DNA of 64,000 nucleotides from an uncultured Tenacibaculum sp. (GCA_947492185.1 CANLMR010000011.1:12002-76001); one strand, 5' to 3'; shown: positions 28,929-39,229, counted from the stretch's first letter. Made by a program: numbers and translations. Notes: generated by a model from the letters alone, not told the origin.

Positions 28929-29111
28929 ATGTTATTTACTACTACTAAAAACACCAAGAGAAAAAAATACAAAGTTAGAAAGTCAAAAATCAAGTTCTTA
29001 TTATTACCTATTTTATATAAAGGTAAGTTCCACTGGTTATCAAAAGTTCGTTTAGAAAAAGCCTTTAATGGTTATAAAATGATGATAATAGGAATAGAGA
29101 GAGTTGCTTAA
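28929..29111 (+). CDS. Small basic hypothetical protein (60 aa)
   Basis: MLFTTTKNTKRKKYKVRKSKIKFLLLPILYKGKFHWLSKVRLEKAFNGYKMMIIGIERVA; followed by a terminator. Confidence 0.45.
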   Translation: MLFTTTKNTKRKKYKVRKSKIKFLLLPILYKGKFHWLSKVRLEKAFNGYKMMIIGIERVA

Positions 29112-29136
29112 CTAAGTTTTTGGGATTATTATGTTT

Positions 29137-29172
29137 ATTATAGGGGTTTCTTTTGAAGGGTACCCCTATAAT
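29137..29172. terminator. Bidirectional terminator
   Basis: attataggggt...acccctataat between convergent genes. Confidence 0.65.
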
Positions 29173-29174
29173 TT

Positions 29175-31751
29175 TTAATAACTATCCACTAAACTCATTA
29201 GTTGCAATTTCTTTTTAAAATTTTCAAGTGTTTTTATATTTCCTTTTTTAATTGAAATTGTTCTCTCAGAATTAGGAAGCATATTAAAGTAATTGTCAGA
29301 AAAATTTTCATCAAAATTTCCTGAAGCAAATACGCCAATTGCTAATTTTTTAGTGTTAATTGATACGATATATTCGGTTTCATTTTCGTTTACATCATAT
29401 CTTAATTCAGGTTTTGGTAATTCTAGTTCTTTAAAAGGAACTAAGAAGTTTTCTTTGCTGTCAATAGAGTTGTTATTGGTTAATAAATTTGCGCTTAAAA
29501 ACACCTTGTTAGGTTCAGTAGTATATTTAAAAAGATCAACTTTAGAAACGGTTAAATAACTTCTAGAAATATTTGCTTTAACGTTTACATCTTTATTCCA
29601 AGTATGAACTTCTTTTCCTTCAAAATCCATCAATTTTAATTCAATTTTAGCATCAAAATCATTTAAAGAATCTGTAGCAATAAAAAGTTTAATTTCTTTT
29701 TCTTTGTTATCGAAACTTAATATGGTTTTCTTAAAAGTATTTTTTACTCCGTAATGTAACGCTTTCCATTTTCCGTAATAATCAATACTCGACCAAGAAG
29801 CTACTGGCCAACAATCGTTAATTTGCCAATACAATGATCCCATGCAACGATATCTATTTTTACGATGAGCTTCAATTCCAGTTGTAATTCCATAAGCTTG
29901 TAATAAATGACTTACATATAAAAAACTCTCAAAATCTTTTGGTTGCCTATAATGACGAAGCATATATTCTTTTATGGTTCCATTTCCTATACTAGAACGT
30001 TGATGAGATTTCATTACTTCGGAGAAGATATCATGATCCTCAGGGATAGTATATTTATTTACAGTGGCTAGTTCAGGGAACGATTGAAATCCAAATTCCG
30101 ACATAAATCTTGGAATCTTTACATTATAATTTTCAAACGGTTCTTTTCCCCACCAAACTCCCCAATAATGTGCATCACCATCGGTATGAGATTCTGCCAC
30201 TCCTAATTCACTACTAGGAGAAGAAGCCCAGTATTTTCTATCTGAATCAAATTCATTTACCACTTCAGGTAATACTTTATGAAAAATATCTTTATAAGCT
30301 TTCCATATGGTATCGGCAATTTCTTGAGATTGTTCTTTTACAGCTTGTTGTTTCCAACCCCAGCGTTCCCAAGCTGACAGTACTTCATTATTACCACACC
30401 ATAATGCAATTGAAGTATGATTTCTTAATCTTTTTACATTATCTATAGCTTCTTGTTTTACACTTTCAAGAAAATCTTTATCTCCAGGAAACATTGCACA
30501 AGCAAACATAAAATCTTGCCAAACCAATAATCCCATTTCATCGCATAAATCATAAAATTCTTTCTTTTCATAAATCCCACCACCCCAAACACGAATCATA
30601 TTCATATTTGCATTTTTTGCAGAGTTTAGAATATGTTTATAATCTGCTGAGGTAACTCGATCTAAAAATACATCTTGTGGAATGTAATTTGCACCTTTCA
30701 TAAATGTTGGAACGCCATTTACTTTAAAGTAAAAAGAACTACCTATTGAATCCTTTTCAGTTACTAATTCGATAGTACGCAAACCAACTCTATGTGATTT
30801 AAAATCTGTATGTTTTTTTGAAGAAAATTTTACAGTAACATCATATAACTCTTGATTTCCCATTCCATTCGGCCACCAGAGTTTTGGATTGTTTATTTGA
30901 AAAGGGATATTGAATTTATTGATTCCTTTAGTTAATGATATTTCTTTTGTAATCGTTATGGTATCGTTCACCAAAATATCTAGGTTAGTTTTTTCAATGT
31001 TTTTTGCACTATTAATTTCTATTTCAGCAGAAAGAGACGCAGTTTTATCTATGTTTTTTTGACGTATAAAAACATCATTAATTTTGAAGTGATTCCAGTT
31101 TCTCAGTATAACAGGTCTCCATATTCCAGAAGTAACTAATCGCGGTCCCCAATCCCAACCAAAATGATATCCAGCTTTTCTTAGGAAAATACTTACTTTC
31201 TTGTTGTCTTTAACTTTTCCTATTTCCGCTAAATCGTTATTTGAAACAGGAATTTTAAAGTTGAATTTATCATGTTCAATCATTCCTCTATTAATTGGCG
31301 ATTCTAAAACAACTTTTAATACATTATTTGCTTCTCTTAGATAAGACTTAACATCTACTTGGTAATTACGGAACATATTATCCGTTTTTAAGAGTAAAGA
31401 ATCGTTTAAGTATATTTTTGAATAGGTATCAATTCCTCTAAAATCCAATTCAATAAACTCACTATTCAGAACTTCTTCTTTTAAATTAAAAGAAGTTTCA
31501 TATTCCCAATCAGTTTTATCTATCCACTGAACATCATGCTCATTGAGCCTATAAAAAGGATCTTTAATTTTGTTGTTAGCAATTAAATCTGAATGAACAG
31601 TGCTGGGAACATTTGCTTTAGTCCAGCTAGTGTCATTTGCTTTTTTAAACTTCCAATTTGTATTAAGTTCCATTTCATTTACAATAGATTTTTTGCATCC
31701 AACAGTTAAAAATATTATAAGAGAGAGTATAGCGTAATGAAGTGATTTCAT
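29175..31751 (-). CDS. GH2 beta-mannosidase, lipoprotein
   Basis: FGWDWGP, KGANYIP, NMNMIRVWGGG, WQDFMFAC, WCGNNE, RFMSEFGFQS, LYWQINDCWP. Confidence 0.93.
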   Translation of the reverse strand: MKSLHYAILSLIIFLTVGCKKSIVNEMELNTNWKFKKANDTSWTKANVPSTVHSDLIANNKIKDPFYRLNEHDVQWIDKTDWEYETSFNLKEEVLNSEFIELDFRGIDTYSKIYLNDSLLLKTDNMFRNYQVDVKSYLREANNVLKVVLESPINRGMIEHDKFNFKIPVSNNDLAEIGKVKDNKKVSIFLRKAGYHFGWDWGPRLVTSGIWRPVILRNWNHFKINDVFIRQKNIDKTASLSAEIEINSAKNIEKTNLDILVNDTITITKEISLTKGINKFNIPFQINNPKLWWPNGMGNQELYDVTVKFSSKKHTDFKSHRVGLRTIELVTEKDSIGSSFYFKVNGVPTFMKGANYIPQDVFLDRVTSADYKHILNSAKNANMNMIRVWGGGIYEKKEFYDLCDEMGLLVWQDFMFACAMFPGDKDFLESVKQEAIDNVKRLRNHTSIALWCGNNEVLSAWERWGWKQQAVKEQSQEIADTIWKAYKDIFHKVLPEVVNEFDSDRKYWASSPSSELGVAESHTDGDAHYWGVWWGKEPFENYNVKIPRFMSEFGFQSFPELATVNKYTIPEDHDIFSEVMKSHQRSSIGNGTIKEYMLRHYRQPKDFESFLYVSHLLQAYGITTGIEAHRKNRYRCMGSLYWQINDCWPVASWSSIDYYGKWKALHYGVKNTFKKTILSFDNKEKEIKLFIATDSLNDFDAKIELKLMDFEGKEVHTWNKDVNVKANISRSYLTVSKVDLFKYTTEPNKVFLSANLLTNNNSIDSKENFLVPFKELELPKPELRYDVNENETEYIVSINTKKLAIGVFASGNFDENFSDNYFNMLPNSERTISIKKGNIKTLENFKKKLQLMSLVDSY

Positions 31752-31867
31752 TATATGATAATTTGGTTGATTGTATATGAACTCAATATAGCAAAATATA
31801 GAAGACTAGTTTTTAACTATTATGACATAATTTGATGATAAATTAACCAAGGTTTAGAGATGAAAAA

Positions 31868-31893
31868 AACCTTATCCAAATAAGGATAAGGTT
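31868..31893 (-). terminator. Intrinsic terminator
   Basis: aaccttatcc-aaataa-ggataaggtt with A-run on the plus strand. Confidence 0.7.
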
Positions 31894-31919
31894 ATGAATT
31901 TTCATTTTAATTGAACTGA

Positions 31920-32390
31920 TTAATTATATGTTTTCTTTAATTTTTTCCAGTTATTATTTGCTGTAGAAATAAGTTTTTGATCATTTTTTTCTTTTAGCCA
32001 TAATTGTTTAGCGTCTAATTCTACATTATTTAAGAATAGGTAATATTTATTATTCATTACTAGAAACTTATTTGGATCTACTCTAAATTTTGCTCCAGCA
32101 TAAGTTCCAAAAGCACAGTATCCACCGTATTGAGGAAGATATTTTTTTGGATTACTATCAAATGTGCTCTTTTGAGTATCTGAAGTAAAATAATACACAA
32201 TTCCTTCATAAGTAGATTTGTGGCTTTTGCTTCCTCTTTGAGCTAAATTTAAATCTAAATATGATACTGGACTATAACCCTGTAATGCGATATTACTGTT
32301 ATCTATATTATTGGCTTTTTTATCTTGTCCGAAAGATGTTAATGAAGCTAGAAATAATGTTGCTACGAATATTGATTTTAAAATTTTCAT
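31920..32390 (-). CDS. Secreted YHS-domain protein
   Basis: ALQGYSPVSY, YYFTS, PKKYLPQYGGYCAFG. Confidence 0.88.
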   Translation of the reverse strand: MKILKSIFVATLFLASLTSFGQDKKANNIDNSNIALQGYSPVSYLDLNLAQRGSKSHKSTYEGIVYYFTSDTQKSTFDSNPKKYLPQYGGYCAFGTYAGAKFRVDPNKFLVMNNKYYLFLNNVELDAKQLWLKEKNDQKLISTANNNWKKLKKTYN

Positions 32391-32416
32391 GATATATTTT
32401 ATTATAATTTATGTTT

Positions 32417-32773
32417 TTATTGAATGTTTGTTTGTGGTTTATGAGCACTTACTACTAAGAGAACTGTAATACCGTTTACCCAATAGTAATAAGCATCTAA
32501 ACCTTGAAAGGAGAATATAAATGGAACTAAAATAAATGTTAATCCTACTATGAAATCTACAGTTAAATGAAACTTATAAGACAATACTCTTAATACACCT
32601 AAATGATGATCGGTTAGAAGAGTTAATACAAATGCTGCTATCCCAGTAATTACAGAAAACCATAAGGCAAGAGAGTTTGTTTTTCCTAGCCCAAGTATAA
32701 AAGGTAATGCAATAAGAGCAATGGCTACAGGATAATCTAAATATGCGTGAATTCTTTTAGTGACAAATTTCAT
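32417..32773 (-). CDS. SPW-repeat-like membrane protein
   Basis: HAYLDYPVA..LPFILG, LTDHHLG, HLTVDF; four TM segments. Confidence 0.75.
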   Translation of the reverse strand: MKFVTKRIHAYLDYPVAIALIALPFILGLGKTNSLALWFSVITGIAAFVLTLLTDHHLGVLRVLSYKFHLTVDFIVGLTFILVPFIFSFQGLDAYYYWVNGITVLLVVSAHKPQTNIQ

Positions 32774-32784
32774 AATTACTAGTT

Positions 32785-33138
32785 TTAATTAGCGTTGAAA
32801 TATTCTTCTTTAATAACTTTCCCTTCTGTATTCCATTCTCTTTGAATGATTTCATGCCAATAGATTTTTGAACCGTCTTTCATGTCGAAATCAAATGTGA
32901 ATTCAGAAGCAGAATTGTTTCCATCAACAATTGATTTATGATGTGTTATTCCATTTACATTAGCTATAGCTCCTAAAAAGCCTTCCATTTTATCTACCAT
33001 TTGCTTTTTTGAGTTGGTAATAGCATTTGAGTAATCTGAAGTGCTAGCGTTTTCTGCAAAATAGGTTTTGACTGCATTAACAATATCTCCTCGAGATACC
33101 ATTGTGTCCATACTTTGTACTTGATTTTTAATATTCAT
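32785..33138 (-). CDS. SnoaL-like (NTF2-fold) protein
   Basis: Size and pattern; SASEFTFDF, EIIQREW, KVIKEEYF. Confidence 0.75.
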   Translation of the reverse strand: MNIKNQVQSMDTMVSRGDIVNAVKTYFAENASTSDYSNAITNSKKQMVDKMEGFLGAIANVNGITHHKSIVDGNNSASEFTFDFDMKDGSKIYWHEIIQREWNTEGKVIKEEYFNAN

Positions 33139-33215
33139 CTTTAAATAATTTTATGAGTTATTTTGTTGATACAAAGATGAGAAGAGAAGGAAAGGGAAGA
33201 GGTACAAAAAAAACG

Positions 33216-34262
33216 CTAGTTATTGTACTTTTTTAAAAAAGCAGAAGGAGTTAACTGTGTATAGTTTTTAAAGAAAGTGGAGAAGTGGTTGGCTTCTTCA
33301 AAGCCTAAAAAGAAAGCTATATCTTTTATTTTTTCACCATTAAGTAAGTGTTCTTTTGAAGTTCTAATAATTTCATGTCGTATTAGTTGACCAATTGAAG
33401 CATTTAGTTTTTGACGTACTTTCTTACTTAGTGTTTTTTCTGCTATATGTAGTTTATCAGCATAAAAAGACAATTTTTTTTGAGAAGTGTGATGTTCTTG
33501 AATGAGCTGGAAAAGATCATTTCCGAAATGATCATCTATTTGATAGCCAATTTGATCTCTGAATTCACTTGGTGTTATTCCAGTATTTTTTTTAAAGTTT
33601 TTGTTAAAATAAGCGACATCTTTATACCCTTGCTCATAAGCTATTTGCTTAATAGAATTATTAGTGAAAGCAATTAATTTTTGATCTTCAATTAAGCGTT
33701 TATTTACTTCAAGTTTCTTAATTGTTAACCCTATTTTATTTTTTAGAAGATAATTTATGTTTTGATTGTTCTTACTTATTTTCTTAATAAGTTCATCAAC
33801 AGAAAGATGATTTTTAAACTCTTGATCTATGATTTCTTTAATGTCAAATATAATTTGATATTCTTTTTTATCAGCATTAAAAGGGTTTTGCCAATACCAC
33901 TGATTTACAGAAATATCAATAATATCTTTAGGTGAAGAAAAAATAGTGTTAGATAAATAATCTTGACAATCTTTACAGTCTAAATAATCGATGTAACCCA
34001 GAGAAACTAAATGTTTAAAAAGAATACGAACATCTTGACTTTTAAATAATATTTGGTTACCAAAATCAATTCGTCTAACAATAAATGAATCTGAAGAGAA
34101 TTTTATATACTGTCCTTTTTCTAGAAAAATTAATTTATCATCCCAATTCAAATAACTTTTAAAATCTACTTGTATTGTTCCTTTTCCCTTCATTATATGA
34201 AATAATGAATGAGTTTCTAATAAGTATATTTTATTAACCTTAGGAGTAAACTTTGATACCAT
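33216..34262 (-). CDS. AraC-family regulator with two tandem DNA-binding domains
   Basis: IKQIAYEQGYKDVAYFNKNFKKNTGITPSEFR and IKDIAFFLGFEEANHFSTFFKNYTQLTPSAF. Confidence 0.9.
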   Translation of the reverse strand: MVSKFTPKVNKIYLLETHSLFHIMKGKGTIQVDFKSYLNWDDKLIFLEKGQYIKFSSDSFIVRRIDFGNQILFKSQDVRILFKHLVSLGYIDYLDCKDCQDYLSNTIFSSPKDIIDISVNQWYWQNPFNADKKEYQIIFDIKEIIDQEFKNHLSVDELIKKISKNNQNINYLLKNKIGLTIKKLEVNKRLIEDQKLIAFTNNSIKQIAYEQGYKDVAYFNKNFKKNTGITPSEFRDQIGYQIDDHFGNDLFQLIQEHHTSQKKLSFYADKLHIAEKTLSKKVRQKLNASIGQLIRHEIIRTSKEHLLNGEKIKDIAFFLGFEEANHFSTFFKNYTQLTPSAFLKKYNN

Positions 34263-34310
34263 TAACCTTTTTAAACCAAGTTAGTATTAATGGATTTAAA
34301 GATAAGGTTT

Positions 34311-36758
34311 TTAAAACTTCATTCTTAGCTTAAAGTTTAAAACTCTACCAGTCATAAAATTTGGTATAGCAAATTGTTGTTTACTATACACATCTCTTAC
34401 CCAAGTATTTGTAATTGAGTTTCTAATGTCGAAAATATTAAACAGTTCCAAACCAGCAGATAATTCTTCGAAATTGTTTAAAAATTTATTAGAGGTTTTC
34501 TTGTTGTTGTCAATAAAAATATAAGAAACCCCAACATCTGCACGTCTGTAATCTCCTAATCTATTTTGGAAATCATAAACATCAGCATAAGCTGGAGCTC
34601 CACCAGGCACCCCAGTATTATAAACCAAGTTTAAATAGGCTTTTAAATCTGGTAAGTTAGGAACGTAATCTTGAAATAAAATACCTAGTTTAATCCTTTG
34701 ATCTGTAGGTCTAGCAATATAGCCTCTATTATCAATATTTTCCTGAGTTTTTAAGTATCCAAAACTAACCCAACTATCACTTCCAGGAACAAATTCTCCG
34801 TTTAAACGAACATCTAAACCATAAGCATAAGCATCTGTAACGTTATCTGCTCTATATCGAATTCTAACATTATCAATTGAATAAGCATTTACATCACTTA
34901 AATTTTTATAATATAACTCAGTAGTTAATTTAAATGGTCTATTCCACATTGTAAAACTATAATCATTCCCAAAAACAGCATGGATAGATTTTTGCGCTTT
35001 AACATCTGCAGAAATTTGCCCATTAAAACCTCTTAATTCTCTGTAGAATGGAGGTTGAGAATAGAAACCTCCAGAAAGTCTAAAAAGCATATCATTATTC
35101 CAATCTGGTTTGATAGCAAATTGTGCTCTTGGACTAAAAACAATATGACTTTTTGAATCGAACCCAACTGGATTTACATTCCAATATTGTCCTCTAACAC
35201 CTGCATTAAACCAAATATCATGATTTCCCCAAGTGGTTTTTCTACTAAATTGTAAGAAACCAGAAAACCTATCAATATTAACAGTGTTCTGAGCTCTAAC
35301 GTTTTGAAAAGGTTCAATTGGACCAGTAAATGGAGTATAAGGTTGATTGTTTCCTATTGTGTGATGAGGTGGCCTAACAGAAAAACCAACACTATCGATA
35401 ACCTCCCACTCTCTAATTCTATCTTTTATATTTTCTCGTTGATATTTTACTCCAGCTCTCCATTCATTATTACCGTCTTTTAGAGTAGCTCTTACTTGTG
35501 CGTTAACTATTAATGCATCTAAATCATTACGAGCATGATTTAACTGAGAACCAATACCTTGAGCAAATTCAACGTCTCCAAAATTTTCAGATCCTAAGTT
35601 GGTGTTTACTTGCCCTAAATTGTATTGTGCAGCAATATCAAAATATTCCTCTTCTTGTGTATTAAATGAAGATACAATTCCGGTAAGTTCTAAATTATCA
35701 TTCACCTTATAATCCATAGAAAAAGCTCCAAAGAACGTTTGAAATCTATCTGATTCTTGTCCTTGATAAAAAACAATTAATTCTAATGGATTAGCTATTG
35801 TTCCAAAACGAGTTCTTCTTGATAAAGGTTTGTAATCATAGTTGTTCAAAGAAAAGTTCCCTAAAAAATTTAAACTCACTTTAGATGATAATTCATAAGA
35901 TAAAAAGGTTTGAATATCAGTAAAACTAGGTCTGAAATTTACTTCAGTTTGTTTATCGTTAACAAATAAACTATTATCTCTATAACGAACTCCTAGTATT
36001 GCACTTAGCTTATCGTTAAACAATAATCCTTCTGTAGTTACACTTGCGCCAAGGAAGCTAAGATCAATTTGAGTACTGCTTTTAGTTGGTTTTCTGTAAG
36101 TAATATCTAAAACCGAAGAAAGTTTATCTCCATATTTTGCTTGAAATCCACCAGCAGAGAAATCAATGTTCTGAATCATATGCGGATTTATAAAACTTAA
36201 CCCTTCTTGCTGGCCAGAACGAATTAAAAATGGACGATACACTTCAATTCCGTTTACATAAACTAAGTTTTCATCAAAATTTCCACCTCTAACATTATAT
36301 TGAGTACTAAGTTCGTTATTATTACTTACGCCAGGTAAGGTCATTAAAACAGCTTCAACCCCAGCATTTGGTCCTACTACAGTTTCAACTTTTTTAGTAT
36401 CAATTTTTGTGATTCCTTGCGCTTCTTTTTTTCTGTTTTTTACAATTACTTCTTCTAGTTCTTCCGTTTTAATAGCAAGAGTAGGAGAGAAGTTAATAGT
36501 TCTTATACCACGAGTTGTAAACTTCTTTACCACTGTTTTATAAGAAACGTGAGTAAAAGTTACTTTTACTGTTTTTCTTATAGGAATTTGAAAAGAATAG
36601 TTTCCGTTTTTATCCGTAGTTGTTCCTTTATCTAAATAGCTGATAGCGACGCCTTCAATAGGATCATTAAATTTATTGACTAATTTCCCTTGAATAGTTG
36701 ACATTTTCTGAGCGAAAAGTAGAGAAGGGAATAAAACAAGAAGTAAGAGTTTTTTCAA
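34311..36758 (-). CDS. TonB-dependent outer-membrane receptor with carboxypeptidase-regulatory-like N-terminus
   Basis: YNVRGGNFDEN plug motif, AGGFQAKYGDKLSSVL, C-terminal F. Confidence 0.88.
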   Translation of the reverse strand: MKKLLLLVLFPSLLFAQKMSTIQGKLVNKFNDPIEGVAISYLDKGTTTDKNGNYSFQIPIRKTVKVTFTHVSYKTVVKKFTTRGIRTINFSPTLAIKTEELEEVIVKNRKKEAQGITKIDTKKVETVVGPNAGVEAVLMTLPGVSNNNELSTQYNVRGGNFDENLVYVNGIEVYRPFLIRSGQQEGLSFINPHMIQNIDFSAGGFQAKYGDKLSSVLDITYRKPTKSSTQIDLSFLGASVTTEGLLFNDKLSAILGVRYRDNSLFVNDKQTEVNFRPSFTDIQTFLSYELSSKVSLNFLGNFSLNNYDYKPLSRRTRFGTIANPLELIVFYQGQESDRFQTFFGAFSMDYKVNDNLELTGIVSSFNTQEEEYFDIAAQYNLGQVNTNLGSENFGDVEFAQGIGSQLNHARNDLDALIVNAQVRATLKDGNNEWRAGVKYQRENIKDRIREWEVIDSVGFSVRPPHHTIGNNQPYTPFTGPIEPFQNVRAQNTVNIDRFSGFLQFSRKTTWGNHDIWFNAGVRGQYWNVNPVGFDSKSHIVFSPRAQFAIKPDWNNDMLFRLSGGFYSQPPFYRELRGFNGQISADVKAQKSIHAVFGNDYSFTMWNRPFKLTTELYYKNLSDVNAYSIDNVRIRYRADNVTDAYAYGLDVRLNGEFVPGSDSWVSFGYLKTQENIDNRGYIARPTDQRIKLGILFQDYVPNLPDLKAYLNLVYNTGVPGGAPAYADVYDFQNRLGDYRRADVGVSYIFIDNNKKTSNKFLNNFEELSAGLELFNIFDIRNSITNTWVRDVYSKQQFAIPNFMTGRVLNFKLRMKF

Positions 36759-36767
36759 AATGATTAA

Positions 36768-38459
36768 TTATTTACGATAAAACGTAGTAGAAATAGTTTC
36801 AGTATTTCCAACATTATCAGAAACTACAAGTTTAAAGATATGTTTGCTACCAACCAATTTTTTATCGGAAAAATCGTAAGTTAAGATTCCTTTTTTATGG
36901 TTATACTCCATTAAAATCCATTCACCATCTATTGTAGCCCTGTATTCATTTATACCAGATTCTTTATCTGAAATCTTAACTTTTAGATTTTTGTTTTTAG
37001 TTAGCCATCTTCCTTCGGCAAAATTTACTAGAGATAATTCAGGAGATGTTTCATCAAAAAGTAAGGTATAACTACCTAAAGTTTTTTGATTGGTAAACAC
37101 CTTATTATCTCTTCTTTTAGTAGTAACATACCTTGGGTATTTTTCTTTTGTTACATTGGCTATATACACTTGCTTTTTTTGAAGATTAGTAAGGTCACTA
37201 GTACTAAAAGTTAAAGTGAATTTTTTATCAAGAGGAATTGTAGGTTCATGAAGTTTTGCTACTCCATTTTCAACAGTAAAATTTAAAAAACAATCATGAT
37301 AAAAACTGTTTTTAGGAAAAGCTATTGTAACACTGTCTTTTTCAAATTTTTGAAAATCTTTAGCAACAATTTTATAATTAGTTGTATCTTTTTCAGAAAA
37401 CATAGTATTAGCAGTAACACCTTTAATTGGTATTCTTAAAGCTGTAGCATTACCATTATAATCCTTAGCAATGATCTCTACATTATAGTTCTCATAGGAG
37501 TTTATTTTAATCTTCCCGTTATTCACCAAATCCTTGTACAAACTAAGCTTGTTTTGATCTACTTTATGTGTTTTTTGATAACGTTTTCTGTATTTACTAT
37601 AGTGTTCATAATCGATTAAAAGATTTATGTATTTACTCTCGGCAAATGAAAAGGTTTCTACATCATGATAGTATACTCTTTTACCATTAATATTCATTTC
37701 TAGACTATATATACCATTTTTATTCATTGCTGCATCCTGATGGTCAAAAACGTAAACTCCTAAACCAATATTTCCATTAGCAGTAACTCTCTCTCCAACA
37801 TAATTTCCATTCTCTAATTGTTTAATGGGAATTACAACATCATTATTTGAGTTGTTAACACGAGAACTATTATCTAGTGAAAAAACTTTAAGTCCTTTAA
37901 TAATAGGCTTTTTTGTGTCATCTGCATGCAATCCAAAAAGCATAGGATTTATAATATGTTCAGTTTTAGTGTTTCTTATTTCATAATGTAAATGCGGACC
38001 AGAAGAACTTCCAGTGTTTCCTGAATAAGCAATTATTTCTCCCTTTTTAACCTTAAATTGTTCAGGCTTAGGGAATAGATTACCAATATTATTTTGTTCT
38101 TTTTTGTACTGAATTTTTTTTACATACTCTTGAATTTTGGGAGAAAACTTCTTCAAATGAGCATAAACAGTTGTGTAACCATTAGGGTGATCTACATATA
38201 AAGCTTTTCCATAACCATACTGTCTAATTTTAATTCTAGATACAAAACCATCAGCAGTGGCTTTAATAGGAATTCCTTCTTTTTTTTGAGTTTTTAAATC
38301 TATTCCAGAATGAAAATGATTGCTTCTTAATTCTCCAAAAGTACCAGCTACTACAACAGGAATATCCATTGGAGAGGAAAAGTAATTTTGAGGATATTTC
38401 TTTTGTGAAAACGAAAAAGAAAAAGTGAGTGATAAAAAAAGAAAGAAAAAATATTTCAA
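36768..38459 (-). CDS. M23 family metallopeptidase
   Basis: FHSGIDL, YAHL, GPHLHYE. Confidence 0.92.
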   Translation of the reverse strand: MKYFFFLFLSLTFSFSFSQKKYPQNYFSSPMDIPVVVAGTFGELRSNHFHSGIDLKTQKKEGIPIKATADGFVSRIKIRQYGYGKALYVDHPNGYTTVYAHLKKFSPKIQEYVKKIQYKKEQNNIGNLFPKPEQFKVKKGEIIAYSGNTGSSSGPHLHYEIRNTKTEHIINPMLFGLHADDTKKPIIKGLKVFSLDNSSRVNNSNNDVVIPIKQLENGNYVGERVTANGNIGLGVYVFDHQDAAMNKNGIYSLEMNINGKRVYYHDVETFSFAESKYINLLIDYEHYSKYRKRYQKTHKVDQNKLSLYKDLVNNGKIKINSYENYNVEIIAKDYNGNATALRIPIKGVTANTMFSEKDTTNYKIVAKDFQKFEKDSVTIAFPKNSFYHDCFLNFTVENGVAKLHEPTIPLDKKFTLTFSTSDLTNLQKKQVYIANVTKEKYPRYVTTKRRDNKVFTNQKTLGSYTLLFDETSPELSLVNFAEGRWLTKNKNLKVKISDKESGINEYRATIDGEWILMEYNHKKGILTYDFSDKKLVGSKHIFKLVVSDNVGNTETISTTFYRK

Positions 38460-38607
38460 AGCGATATAATTTAATAACGAAATTACTAAAATTATGCCAT
38501 ATTTATAGTGGTTTGACTACCAGTTTGTTAAGAAAAAAGTGCTTAAGAGTTGCTATTGTTAAATGAGATTGTTAATTTTGTAGGAAATGGTTTTATCTCA
38601 ATAATAA

Positions 38608-38898
38608 ATGAGTAATACTTTAGAAGTAATTCATTTACTGGAACTTAAGTTGAAAGATGTATTAACTAAGTACGAGTTCTTAAAAAAAGAAAACGAAGTA
38701 TTGCTTCAACAAAATGGAGAATTACATTATTTATTAGAAGAAAAAGAACAACAATTAGTCAACCAAAAGAAACAATTTGATACGCTGAAAGTTGCAAAAA
38801 CCATAGAAGGCAGTAATGAAGATTCGAGAAATACAAAACTCAAAATAAATGCTTTAATTCGAGAGATTGATAAATGTATTACTCTTTTGAATGCGTAA
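38608..38898 (+). CDS. Coiled-coil protein (ZapB-like) upstream of zapA
   Basis: Heptad pattern, KINALIREIDKCITLL, synteny. Confidence 0.7.
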   Translation: MSNTLEVIHLLELKLKDVLTKYEFLKKENEVLLQQNGELHYLLEEKEQQLVNQKKQFDTLKVAKTIEGSNEDSRNTKLKINALIREIDKCITLLNA

Positions 38899-38912
38899 AG
38901 TTCTTTTAAAAA

Positions 38913-39203
38913 ATGGAAAAATTAAAAGTTAATGTTGTAATAGGCGGAAGAACTTATCCTTTAATTGTTAACAGTGAGTTAGAAGAGGAAGGTATGAGAA
39001 AAGCGGCTAAACAGATTAATAATTTAATTTTAAAATTTGAACAAAATTACGCTGTAGCAGATAAACAAGATGTTTTAGCAATGTGTGCATTACAATTTGC
39101 ATCTAAATTGGAAATTAATTCCTTAAAAACATCACAAGAAGCTAAAGAAGTATTAAATAAAGTAAATGAGCTAACAAGTTTGTTAGATAATCATTTAAAA
39201 TAA
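38913..39203 (+). CDS. zapA: Cell division protein ZapA
   Basis: IGGRTYPL, EEGMRKAA, DKQDVLAMCALQ. Confidence 0.88.
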   Translation: MEKLKVNVVIGGRTYPLIVNSELEEEGMRKAAKQINNLILKFEQNYAVADKQDVLAMCALQFASKLEINSLKTSQEAKEVLNKVNELTSLLDNHLK

Positions 39204-39229
39204 GTTCATTATATAACAGTTAACATACT

